43,907 bases of DNA from a virus (taxonomy: Duplodnaviria > Caudoviricetes), in IMG/VR virus record IMGVR_UViG_3300037458_001171, positions 1 through 43,907 of that record. The stretch is one strand, 5' to 3'. How positions within the stretch are numbered: position 1 is the stretch's first letter; each line of letters opens with the position of its first letter. Made by a program: the position numbers and the translations under genes. Positions 34,100-42,793 of the stretch are shown one piece after another. The notes below the pieces were generated by a model. The model was not told the origin of the DNA, searched no databases, and saw only the letters and a program-made list of their open reading frames with translations.

Positions 34100-34258
34100 G
34101 TCCGGCTGCGTCCGCGATCTCGGCGCGGCGCGTTGAAAATAAGTGAAGATCTGGGCCCCGTGGCGCCCCCGCCGGCCGCGGCATCCCCTCCCCCGTCGGC
34201 CGCCCCGCCCCGCGGCTCCCGCGACCGCCTCGCCCGCCGGCCGGGCGCGCGGACCCCG

Positions 34259-35284
34259 TCACGGGGCGAACTGGACCCCGCCGTTGGTCTTGGTGCCCAG
34301 CTCCGTCTCCTTCACCAGCCACGCGAGCTGGTCGAACTCGAACCTGTTCCCCTTGATCTCGCAGGTGCCGTTCTGGTCCATCTTGACCTCGTTGACCCTG
34401 ATGTAGAACATGTCCCCCAGCGCCAGCGAGAGGCTCTCCAGCTTGACCAGATCCCCCGGCTCCAGTATCTTGTCGCGAACTATGTACCTAAGGCTGATGC
34501 CCACCGCGGACCTGCTGGTCCGCACCATCTCCTCGGCCTTGGCCCTGGCATGGTAGAAGTCGCTGCAGCCCTCCAGGAACACGGTGGTCTCCAGCGGCAC
34601 CCCGTTGTCCTCGGCCAGCATCAGGTCGTATATCTCGCTGCTCTGCTCCACGTCCTGGAACGCGGAGTACGAGGTGTCCCTGGTGGTCCAGAAGGTCAGC
34701 CCGGACGGGGCTGTTATGCGGGCCGCGGCGCCCTTCCGCTCTCCCGTGTTCTGGGCCTCTATATTTATGCGGTACGTGACCCCGGCCACCAGTGTGGCGG
34801 AGAACGTGACCCTGCCGCCGGAGGTGGCGCTGGCTATCAGCACGTTGTCCACCGTGCGCCTCAGCTCCAGCGTCCCCGAGTCGTCCGTGGCGAATTCCCC
34901 GCCGAAGGAGCCGGACTCCATCGGCCTCACCAGCCACGTCAGGGAGGTGGCGGTGTCGTCCGGCCCGGTCCACACCGCCGTGCCGTTCATCAGGATCGTG
35001 TACGGGCCCGGGGCGCCGGTCCCCGGATCCACGTCCCACGTGTAGGTCGGCACGCTGTAGTCCACGCCCCCGATGCCCTTGAAGTAGGCCATCGTGGTCT
35101 TCAGCGGCCAGGCTGCCGTGTCCTCTTTGAAATTCTCCGCCTCGTTCATGAATTTCACTATGCAGTGATTCAGGCGGTCCCCGGACGAGGGCCAGGTGAC
35201 CATGACGGTCTCCCCGGCCACGATGTCGTCGTCCGTGATCGTGGCGTCCAGGAAGGGCGCGTAGTCCTCCGTCGTGTACGGCAT
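34259..35284 (-). CDS. tail-tip (gpJ-like) protein, C-terminal part, with PA14-like insert
   Basis: ITDDDI...DRLN...F.NEAENFKED...LEPGDLV; insert FATDDSGTLEL...TLVAGVTYRINIEAQN. Confidence 0.75.
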   Translation of the reverse strand: MPYTTEDYAPFLDATITDDDIVAGETVMVTWPSSGDRLNHCIVKFMNEAENFKEDTAAWPLKTTMAYFKGIGGVDYSVPTYTWDVDPGTGAPGPYTILMNGTAVWTGPDDTATSLTWLVRPMESGSFGGEFATDDSGTLELRRTVDNVLIASATSGGRVTFSATLVAGVTYRINIEAQNTGERKGAAARITAPSGLTFWTTRDTSYSAFQDVEQSSEIYDLMLAEDNGVPLETTVFLEGCSDFYHARAKAEEMVRTSRSAVGISLRYIVRDKILEPGDLVKLESLSLALGDMFYIRVNEVKMDQNGTCEIKGNRFEFDQLAWLVKETELGTKTNGGVQFAP

Positions 35285-35287
35285 GGC

Positions 35288-36991
35288 TCAGACCCCGTTG
35301 TAGTTCACAAGCACGGACACCTGGGACGGCGCGTAGATCGTGTTGGTGGCCACGTGCTTCAGATAGATGTTGAAGTTGAACACGTAATTGTAGCCGGACG
35401 GCGGCGCCGGGGTGTTGCTGAGCCACATCGAGAATATCCGCTCCGTGGACAGTGTGTACCACGTGCCTACGGCGTTCGAGCTGCTCCAGAAGCTCGGCAG
35501 CTGCAGCGCGTTCGAGAAGTTGTCGTACCACTCCTCGATCAGCTCGAACTTCACCTGGTACCCGTTGCCGACGCCGGCCTCTGCCGCCCCGCTGAGCCAC
35601 GAGCCGCTGCTGACGGTCGCGAGGTCCGACGCGTCCCAGTTGAGAGCCTTCTGCACCTGGAACGAGCCGTCGGCCTGGAATCTGATGGCGACGTGCCACC
35701 AGTGGGACGGATCCGAGTACGGGTATACCAGACTGTACGCGCCGCCCGGATACTCCACGGTCCGATCCGGGGGCGTCACGTCCGTGCCGGCCCCTCCGCC
35801 GCCGCCGGGCGGGGTCGTCTCGTCCTCCCCGTCCGGATACACCACGGGGACCTTCTCCAGAAGCGGGTACTTCACGGACAGCTTGTACCTGCCCTGGGAC
35901 CATACCAGGCGGGCGTCCCCCATCGTGGTCAGCATCGCCTCCACGTTCTCCCGCATGGGCTTGGATGGGTCCACGACCATGTTGCACTCGTACAGGGGCA
36001 GGTCCCTGCTCTCCACGTTCCTGGTCCCGTCGGTGTTGCGGTATATCTTGCCCACGGTCAGCACGTTCTGCCTTACGATCTGCCCGCACACCCTGGCCGC
36101 GTCGTAGAAGCTGGACAGGTTGATCTCCGCCACCGAGCACCGCTTCCCCGGGTCGAACGCCCTCACGGTGTCCGTCCCGTTGTCGTAGGATAGCTCGCTG
36201 GCCGTAAGGTAGTCCAGCAGGCACAGCGCCGGGTTGTTGGAGTACACGCGGGTGTCCGACAGTTTGTACCATTTCTGCTTCAGCCTGTCCCACTGCGCCC
36301 CGTCGACCTGCGCTGCGTACTCCACCACGAAGCGCACCCTGCGCCCCTCGATCAGATACTGGACCTGCGGGACCATGCTGAACTGCGGGTCCTCCCTGTT
36401 CAGCCGAATCACCGTCGTGGCGTAGGCCATTCCGGGAAACTTCGCCGTGGCCCTGGAAGAGAAATTCGCCACCGCGGTCGAGTTGGCCTGCGGCGCCAGA
36501 ACCCCCGGGCCGGACTGCTGGCCGAACATCACCTCCGTCCGGAAGGCGGCCCGCTGGTCCGGCGGCTGATCGTAGTTCAGGGAGCTGTCCAGGGCGTAGT
36601 CGTTGATCCACTTGGACTCCTCGACCACCATGTCGTAGCAGGCGTGTATGGGGCCGTGGCACAGAACCTGCTGAAAGAACAGGAACCTGTTGGTGTTCCC
36701 GAGCTGCGTGGACGTCAGCTCCCCGGACACGAAGCCCCTGTTCGAGTTCAGGGAGGCGGCCTGGTAGTAGTTGCTGCTGGTCGCGTGCCAGACGCGTACG
36801 CCGCCGATCTTCACCCTGCCGTACGCCAGCGGGATCGGCTTCATCTCGCCCTCGACCACCAGCTCGAACCCCTTTCTGGCTTCGGCGGCCTCCTTCGCAG
36901 CCTTCCGCATCTTCTTCGCCTGCACCACCTGGTAGGCGACGGCGGCGGCGACAATCGCGTAGTAGGCAATCACGAGAGGCAGCGGAAACAT
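35288..36991 (-). CDS. tail-tip (gpJ-like) protein, N-terminal part, with extra C-terminal domain
   Basis: PIPLAYGRVKIGG, FPGMAY, YSNNPALCLLDYL, SFYDAARVC, YECN, LVWSQGRYKL. Confidence 0.85.
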   Translation of the reverse strand: MFPLPLVIAYYAIVAAAVAYQVVQAKKMRKAAKEAAEARKGFELVVEGEMKPIPLAYGRVKIGGVRVWHATSSNYYQAASLNSNRGFVSGELTSTQLGNTNRFLFFQQVLCHGPIHACYDMVVEESKWINDYALDSSLNYDQPPDQRAAFRTEVMFGQQSGPGVLAPQANSTAVANFSSRATAKFPGMAYATTVIRLNREDPQFSMVPQVQYLIEGRRVRFVVEYAAQVDGAQWDRLKQKWYKLSDTRVYSNNPALCLLDYLTASELSYDNGTDTVRAFDPGKRCSVAEINLSSFYDAARVCGQIVRQNVLTVGKIYRNTDGTRNVESRDLPLYECNMVVDPSKPMRENVEAMLTTMGDARLVWSQGRYKLSVKYPLLEKVPVVYPDGEDETTPPGGGGGAGTDVTPPDRTVEYPGGAYSLVYPYSDPSHWWHVAIRFQADGSFQVQKALNWDASDLATVSSGSWLSGAAEAGVGNGYQVKFELIEEWYDNFSNALQLPSFWSSSNAVGTWYTLSTERIFSMWLSNTPAPPSGYNYVFNFNIYLKHVATNTIYAPSQVSVLVNYNGV

Positions 36992-36994
36992 CTT

Positions 36995-37579
36995 TTACCC
37001 CGTCTTCTTTCCCCAGAGAAACTCGGCCTTCCCGGACCCCTCGTAGACGTGCTCGAAGGAGGTGTCGGATGGATCTATATTACGTATCTCGGTCTTGGAG
37101 GTGAACAGCTGCGTTATGCCGTCCAGATCGGCCATCGGGCTGGCGCAGGCCACCACGGCGCGCACCTCCCCGGCCTCGGCCGTGTCTACCTCGTAGGAGA
37201 AGCTGTCGGCCTTGCCCTTGTACAGCAGTATCAGCTCCTCCTCCGCCGCGCTGACTAGCGGCGTGCCGGCGTCCGTGACGCCCATGTACACCTCCACGTC
37301 CTTCCCGACGATGTTGCCGAATACCGACACCATCGCGTAGCCCGGATCGGCGAGGACCACCCTGTAGATCTCCCTGTCAACGGACGTGGAGATGTGCGGG
37401 GGATCCAGCGAGACGATGCGGCCGTCGTGCGTGAACAGGCGCTCCGTGGGCAGCCCCGGGTCCACGATCAGCGATCTAAAGTAGTTGGTGGCCCTGTAGT
37501 CCCCCACCCGCAGGAGGAAGAAGACCTCGTAGTGGTCGGAGGCCAGTATATCCAGTACGGATTGGGCTATGCTTATCAT
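36995..37579 (-). CDS. minor tail (hub / gpL-like) protein
   Basis: Position before the tail tip; LYKG..D...ASPMADLD...DTSFE...LWGK. Confidence 0.75.
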   Translation of the reverse strand: MISIAQSVLDILASDHYEVFFLLRVGDYRATNYFRSLIVDPGLPTERLFTHDGRIVSLDPPHISTSVDREIYRVVLADPGYAMVSVFGNIVGKDVEVYMGVTDAGTPLVSAAEEELILLYKGKADSFSYEVDTAEAGEVRAVVACASPMADLDGITQLFTSKTEIRNIDPSDTSFEHVYEGSGKAEFLWGKKTG

Positions 37580-38202
37580 GGCAGCTCGTACACGATCTTG
37601 GGGACCCGCTCCACCATGCGGATGGCCCCGTTGTCCATCAGGATGCCGTCCACGTAGGACATGCCGATCACGCTGTCTCCGTCCAGAAACACCTCCATCC
37701 TCACGTCGTCCCTGTAGACTATCGCCTGGTTTATCACATCGGTCATCAGCGGCGGGAACACCTCGATGACCTGCTCTCCCTGCGCCGCCTCCACGTCGTG
37801 CGTCAGCATGTACACCTTGGTGTGATTTGCGAAGCGCAGGAACGTTCCCATGGGTATCAGACCGGTGACCTCGCTTATCTTCAGGCTGCTGTCCCCCGCG
37901 TAGCCCAGCACGGCCGTCAAGGTGTCCTCCGCGGTCCTGGCCATCAGGACTCCGTAGTTCTGCGGCACCATTATCTGGAAGGACGAGGTGACGCCCTTCT
38001 CCACGAGGAACGCGAACAGGTCGTTCGCCTCCCTGTACAGCGGCTCCACGTTCGTTTCCATCTCCCAGCGTTGCGGCGGACGCCGCGCCGCGTACCTGCT
38101 GAGAGACATAGAGTCCGACAGGTACACCGGCGTGTTGCTCCTGACAGTCATCGGGGCCACGAACCTGGCCAGCACGTCGTCGCCCCTCAGTATCCCGTAC
38201 AC
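37576..38202 (-). CDS. distal-tail-like protein, paralog A3 (no repeat tail)
   Basis: YGIL...ARFVAP..V.SN.P...SDS.SL.R...QRWE...F.NH.KVY...FP.L...GM.Y.DGILMD shared with A1 and A2. Confidence 0.8.
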   Translation of the reverse strand: MYGILRGDDVLARFVAPMTVRSNTPVYLSDSMSLSRYAARRPPQRWEMETNVEPLYREANDLFAFLVEKGVTSSFQIMVPQNYGVLMARTAEDTLTAVLGYAGDSSLKISEVTGLIPMGTFLRFANHTKVYMLTHDVEAAQGEQVIEVFPPLMTDVINQAIVYRDDVRMEVFLDGDSVIGMSYVDGILMDNGAIRMVERVPKIVYELP

Positions 38203-38212
38203 GGCGCCTCCG

Positions 38213-38803
38213 TCAGAACTGCTCCGGGACCACCTCGATCTGCAGGCGCAGCTTCTCGGTGATCCCGGCCTTGTTGATGCGCCTGTAGTTAACCGGCAGC
38301 TGCTTCAGCGCCAGCTCCACCTCGTACCGGTCCCTCTGCTGCCTGTAGCACAGCATGAAGTCGGAGCGGGTGTACAGGAGCAGGATGTCGTCCACGGGAT
38401 TGGTTATGCTCCTCACGTCGTCGTGCACCAGCAGCGGCGAGAACATGTTCCCGAAGGCCGTGGTGACGTACTGCGACACGGTGGAGTCGTACCAGTACAG
38501 CCTGGCGCCGCCGTACTGGCAGTACGCCACGGCCACGTTCATGTTCCTGTCGAACGCCAGAGACAGCTCCGTGAGGCCCGGTATATTCAGCAGACTGTGC
38601 ATCTCCCCCGTGGTCAGGTTCCGGATCTTCACCAGCCCGTTGTCGTACCAGCAGCGCCAGTCGTGCAGGTCTATGCCCTGCGAGGGGTCCGCCAGCGACA
38701 CGCCGCCCCTGGCCAGATCCACCAGCAGCTTCCTGTCCTGGTGCTCCGGCGACAGGACCGTCCCCAGCACCGGGGAGGTGGACTCCCTGCTATCGGGGAT
38801 CAT
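38213..38803 (-). CDS. tail-associated protein
   Basis: GGVSLADPSQG...ELSLAFDRNM...YRQQRDRYEVE. Confidence 0.75.
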   Translation of the reverse strand: MIPDSRESTSPVLGTVLSPEHQDRKLLVDLARGGVSLADPSQGIDLHDWRCWYDNGLVKIRNLTTGEMHSLLNIPGLTELSLAFDRNMNVAVAYCQYGGARLYWYDSTVSQYVTTAFGNMFSPLLVHDDVRSITNPVDDILLLYTRSDFMLCYRQQRDRYEVELALKQLPVNYRRINKAGITEKLRLQIEVVPEQF

Positions 38804-39822
38804 CAGGGGTACCTGCCCCAGGACAGGCGGTACACCATCGTGAACGACCTGGTGTCATCCTTCGGGACCCCGTTGTCCCACACGAACTGATAATGGCCCA
38901 TGCCGTTGCCCAGGTACAGGGCGCCTATCAGCCCGCCGGTGACGTTCCCGCTCGCCGTGCCGAGCGAGACGCGCACGTCCCTATAGAACGAGTCCTGTAT
39001 GTAAGAGCCCTCCAGGGCGCCTCCGTCTGGCAGATCCGCATGCGCCGTGTACGTCGGGCCCGCGGCGTTCAAGGCGCCCAGCGTGGATCCGGTGGCGCAA
39101 ACCATGCCCCAGTAGTTTACGTAGCCCAGCATGGGATGCGTGGCCAGGGGCCTCGGCGCGCACCTGATGACCGGGGGCGGCCAGGTGTTCCGCCCGGCCC
39201 CGTATACGTCCCCGGCCGTGGTCAGCCCGGTGGCCCTGCCGACGCCCGTTATCTGGGTGCCGGACACATTTATCGAGAAGTTCGTGTCGCCCAGCGGCGG
39301 GTACAGCCGGAACTTGTAGTACACGTCCAGCTGGTCTATTGCCGTCACGGGGAACGTGGTGGGGTTCCCGCTGCCATCCTTGACCAGCGCCCTGGAGAAC
39401 AATGTGGTGCCGTCCCAACCGGCGCCGACCTCTGCGAGGTTGCCCACCACAGAACCCTGCGGAAACGACCGCGGGTGCTCGTACGTGATGTGGTACGGGG
39501 AGGTCTGCAGGAACGTGTAGCCGCCGCCCGACGCCACCGCGTTCGTGTGCGCCACCTTCGTCTGCAGCGTGGTGTCCGTTATGGCCGGCGTCGCATTCCC
39601 CGTGCCGACGGAGATGAAGTTGATGATCGTGGTGTTATAGTCGTCCGAGTGCGTCCCCAACCTGTTCAGCCCGGCGTTGGTGATCACGTTATCGAACCAG
39701 CCGCTGTCCCTGACGGTGCCGTCGGGTCTCCTGGCGATCAGCCTGTACTGCCCACCGCCGATCCTGGGGCCAAGGCCCAAGAGATCTATCTCGGCATACC
39801 TTCTCTTCAGGATTTCAAACAA
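38803..39822 (-). CDS. putative tail fibre/appendage protein, paralog B3
   Basis: GWFDNVITNAGL...VGTGNATP..TDT.L...GNLAEVG.GW...LFSRAL.KD..GNPTT...SWGRYP. Confidence 0.8.
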   Translation of the reverse strand: MFEILKRRYAEIDLLGLGPRIGGGQYRLIARRPDGTVRDSGWFDNVITNAGLNRLGTHSDDYNTTIINFISVGTGNATPAITDTTLQTKVAHTNAVASGGGYTFLQTSPYHITYEHPRSFPQGSVVGNLAEVGAGWDGTTLFSRALVKDGSGNPTTFPVTAIDQLDVYYKFRLYPPLGDTNFSINVSGTQITGVGRATGLTTAGDVYGAGRNTWPPPVIRCAPRPLATHPMLGYVNYWGMVCATGSTLGALNAAGPTYTAHADLPDGGALEGSYIQDSFYRDVRVSLGTASGNVTGGLIGALYLGNGMGHYQFVWDNGVPKDDTRSFTMVYRLSWGRYP

Positions 39823-40867
39823 TTGTCGATTCTCCCGATATTACCGTGGCCCCCGTCGGACCGTACTCTTCCACGTCGTAGACGGAGAGATCCACGTAGT
39901 TGATGGTGGTGTAGGACGCCCCGGACAGTAGCACGGCGTGCCCTATCTGGTACTCCTCCGTGTCGTACTCGTACAGATCCACATAGGCTATCGTCGTGTA
40001 CGAGGCCCCGGACAGCAGCACCGCGGTGTGCGGCTGGTACTCCTCTGTATCGTACAGGGACAGATCCTTGTAGACGATCATCACCGTGGAGGCCCCGGAA
40101 ACCAGCGACGCCGACACGACCGTGTAGTCCTCCTGGTTCGGGAACCACTGGTACACGGCCATGGATGGCAGGTCGGTCCTCACGCCGTTCGTGTCCACCG
40201 CCACCGTGTACGGGGTGGACGTGAATACCGCCGGCAGGAGCTCGTCCGTGTCCCTGGGGATGCTCTCCACTAGAACCAGCTCCCCGGGATCCATCAGGAT
40301 GCCGTCCGTGTACCGCATGCCCTGCACGGTGTCCCTGTCGTAGAAGCACTCCATGACCACGTCGTCCCCGTGGTACATGTAGGTCTCCGCCAGATCCGCC
40401 CGCAGCGGCGGGAACACGCTCACGGCCCCGGACCCGTCGAAGTCCGACAGAGTCACGTACACCTTCGAGTGGTTCCCGAACCGCAGGAACGTCCCACGCG
40501 GCATGAACCCGGAGTACGCCGGGGCGGACACCTGGGACTCCCCGGCCAGTCCCCCGTCCGTCAGCAGCACCTTTGACAGGGAGCCCGTCCTGCGGAGGAT
40601 CACCCCGACGCTCTGCGGCACCAGCACCTCCGTCGGGGAGTGGGTGCCCTTCGTGACGAGGCTCTTCATGAGCTTGTGGCCGCCGTCGGACATCGGCACG
40701 ATCCCCGCCGATATCTCCCACCGCTGCGCGGCCACGCTCCTGGTGCGGCGCAGCAGGGACAGGGAGTCCGAGGGGGTGACCGGGACGTTGCTCCTCACGG
40801 CGACAGGCGCCGCGAACACCGCTATCAGCTCCCGGTCCTCTCCGTCCAGAATTCCGTAGAGGGCCAT
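39815..40867 (-). CDS. distal-tail-like protein, paralog A2, with 29-aa C-terminal repeats
   Basis: A-family N-domain plus three full and one partial AVLLSGAS...YVDL..YD.EEY repeats. Confidence 0.8.
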   Translation of the reverse strand: MALYGILDGEDRELIAVFAAPVAVRSNVPVTPSDSLSLLRRTRSVAAQRWEISAGIVPMSDGGHKLMKSLVTKGTHSPTEVLVPQSVGVILRRTGSLSKVLLTDGGLAGESQVSAPAYSGFMPRGTFLRFGNHSKVYVTLSDFDGSGAVSVFPPLRADLAETYMYHGDDVVMECFYDRDTVQGMRYTDGILMDPGELVLVESIPRDTDELLPAVFTSTPYTVAVDTNGVRTDLPSMAVYQWFPNQEDYTVVSASLVSGASTVMIVYKDLSLYDTEEYQPHTAVLLSGASYTTIAYVDLYEYDTEEYQIGHAVLLSGASYTTINYVDLSVYDVEEYGPTGATVISGESTIV

Positions 40868-40868
40868 C

Positions 40869-41804
40869 TCAGTCGTTCCATGAGGATCTGTCCCAGCGGA
40901 ACGTCACATCCAGGTACATGGTCGAGTCGCTCGATTTGCCGATCACAGGATCCCACACGAACTGGAAGAAGCCCAGCGTGGTGTGGGCCCTGAGCGCCGA
41001 CAGGCCCCCGGCCAGGTTCCCGGCGGAGGGCGAAGCCACGTACCGCACGGTCCTCTCGAAGCTGTTCGCCACGTAGTCCCTCTTGTACGCGCTCCACCCG
41101 TTCCCGGCGGAGATCCCCTGCGTCAGGGCGGCCCCGGTGGGGGATCCGGTCAGCGGTCCCAGGGACGCCCCAGGCCCGTAAATATACCCGAGGAAACCGG
41201 AGCCGTCGCTCTTGGTGTCGAAACCATGGCCCGCCGATATATTCGTTGGGAGGACAGAGGCCCTTACGGCACCCGTATGCGCCGTTCCGGTGGAGAAGGA
41301 CAAGGTGCCGTCGCCCAGCGGCGGGTCCACCCTTATCAGGTAAAAGACGTCCAGGTACTCGTCCGGCAGAACGGTGACGGAGGTCGGCTCCCTGGCGGAG
41401 TCGCGTATCCTGGAGCGCGCGAACAGGCCGTCGATCGCCCACCCGATGCCGACCTCCGACAGCTCGGTGGGCTCCGTGACGAATCCCGCGTAGAATCTCT
41501 TGGCGACCACTCGATCCACGTAGAACGGGCTCTCGTCCATCTCGATGTTCTGCGCTCCGACCGGGCTGTTGGAGCTTGTGAAGGCAACCAGGTCCTGCAT
41601 CTGCGTGTCCGACGTGGAGGACGGCGCCGTGCCGCTCCCCACGTGGATGTGTGTGCACAGGTCTCCGGTATTGGTGCCCATGCGGTTCATACCGAGGTCT
41701 GTTATGATATTGGGGCACCACCCGGCCAACCTCCTCACACCCCTCGGGCCGCCCGCGACCAGCCCGAACGTACCGCGCAACCTAGAGGTGGGTAACACTA
41801 TCAC
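40869..41804 (-). CDS. putative tail fibre/appendage protein, paralog B2
   Basis: GWCPNIITDLGM...VGSGTAP...LSEVGIGW...LFARSRIRD. Confidence 0.8.
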   Translation of the reverse strand: MIVLPTSRLRGTFGLVAGGPRGVRRLAGWCPNIITDLGMNRMGTNTGDLCTHIHVGSGTAPSSTSDTQMQDLVAFTSSNSPVGAQNIEMDESPFYVDRVVAKRFYAGFVTEPTELSEVGIGWAIDGLFARSRIRDSAREPTSVTVLPDEYLDVFYLIRVDPPLGDGTLSFSTGTAHTGAVRASVLPTNISAGHGFDTKSDGSGFLGYIYGPGASLGPLTGSPTGAALTQGISAGNGWSAYKRDYVANSFERTVRYVASPSAGNLAGGLSALRAHTTLGFFQFVWDPVIGKSSDSTMYLDVTFRWDRSSWND

Positions 41805-42793
41805 GGGTATCTCCCCCAGGAGACCCGTCTAGTCAGCTTCAGAGTCTTCGTATTGTCTTTAGGTATTCCCGGCGTCCAGACACACTGGTACACACCACCC
41901 ATGCCTTCCCAAAGTTTATATCCACCGACACCGCCGGCAAAATTGGCATTCCCAGTGGCCCAGTTGTGCTCCACTGTCTGCGTATAGCTGCCATTGACGT
42001 ACGCCGGCAACGTGGACGGAGCGCCTACCCCGGAGAAAACATTCATGAACTCCATACCACTATTATTCGCGTGATCGGCGGTAACCGCCGCCAGAGAGGC
42101 CCCGGCCGGGTATAGGTAGCCATAGCCACCGACACCAGTCCACGCCGCTGCTCCTCCCACATACGTGGCCCCTGTATTGCTGAATTGCCAGTAACTTGAG
42201 CCCGCATTCAGTATCCGTCCTTGATAGCTGTAGTCGACACCGGAGATGTTCACAGTACCGGAGGTGTCCTCGAGTGGTGGGTACATGGTGATCTTGTACC
42301 TCACATCCAACTGGTCCAGTGAGGTGATGGAGAGGGTCGTCGGATTCCCCCCGGCGTCCTTTATCAGGGACCTAGCGAACAGCGAGTTATTAGCCCAACC
42401 CACCCCCACCTCTGACATGTTACCGACCACAGCCCCCTGCGGAAATGCATATCCGAACTGCCGTGTCACGTAGTAGGTTGGAGACGGCCCGTACACGAGA
42501 CCGGTAACGGTGGCCGAAGTAGTGGTCCAGGCGGACAGGGCCTGCAACTGCGTGTCTGTGAATGCCGGAGTCGAATTACCGGTGCCAATGGCTACCCCGG
42601 CTATCATCGGTTGATTCATCGGGGCTACTTGTCCGATTCTATCAAGTCCTATATTAGTTATCACATTCGGAAACCAGCCCGTATCGACGCGGACAATGCC
42701 GCCTCTCTTTAGCGTCAGGTTGAATTCTCCTCGGAGACGCTGGGCTGGGAACTCCGTCACCAGGTCAATATAGCGTCTGCGTAAAAGAATCAT
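41801..42793 (-). CDS. putative tail fibre/appendage protein, paralog B1
   Basis: GWFPNVITNIGL...IGTGNSTPAFTDTQL...GNMSEVGVGW...SWGRYP; visibly more AT-rich codons. Confidence 0.8.
   Translation of the reverse strand: MILLRRRYIDLVTEFPAQRLRGEFNLTLKRGGIVRVDTGWFPNVITNIGLDRIGQVAPMNQPMIAGVAIGTGNSTPAFTDTQLQALSAWTTTSATVTGLVYGPSPTYYVTRQFGYAFPQGAVVGNMSEVGVGWANNSLFARSLIKDAGGNPTTLSITSLDQLDVRYKITMYPPLEDTSGTVNISGVDYSYQGRILNAGSSYWQFSNTGATYVGGAAAWTGVGGYGYLYPAGASLAAVTADHANNSGMEFMNVFSGVGAPSTLPAYVNGSYTQTVEHNWATGNANFAGGVGGYKLWEGMGGVYQCVWTPGIPKDNTKTLKLTRRVSWGRYP

Noticed and set aside
35282-35290. Genome-wide TGA recoding
   Set aside because: Many genes end in TGA with ATGA/GTGA overlaps and conserved enzymes are uninterrupted; at most a local read-through.
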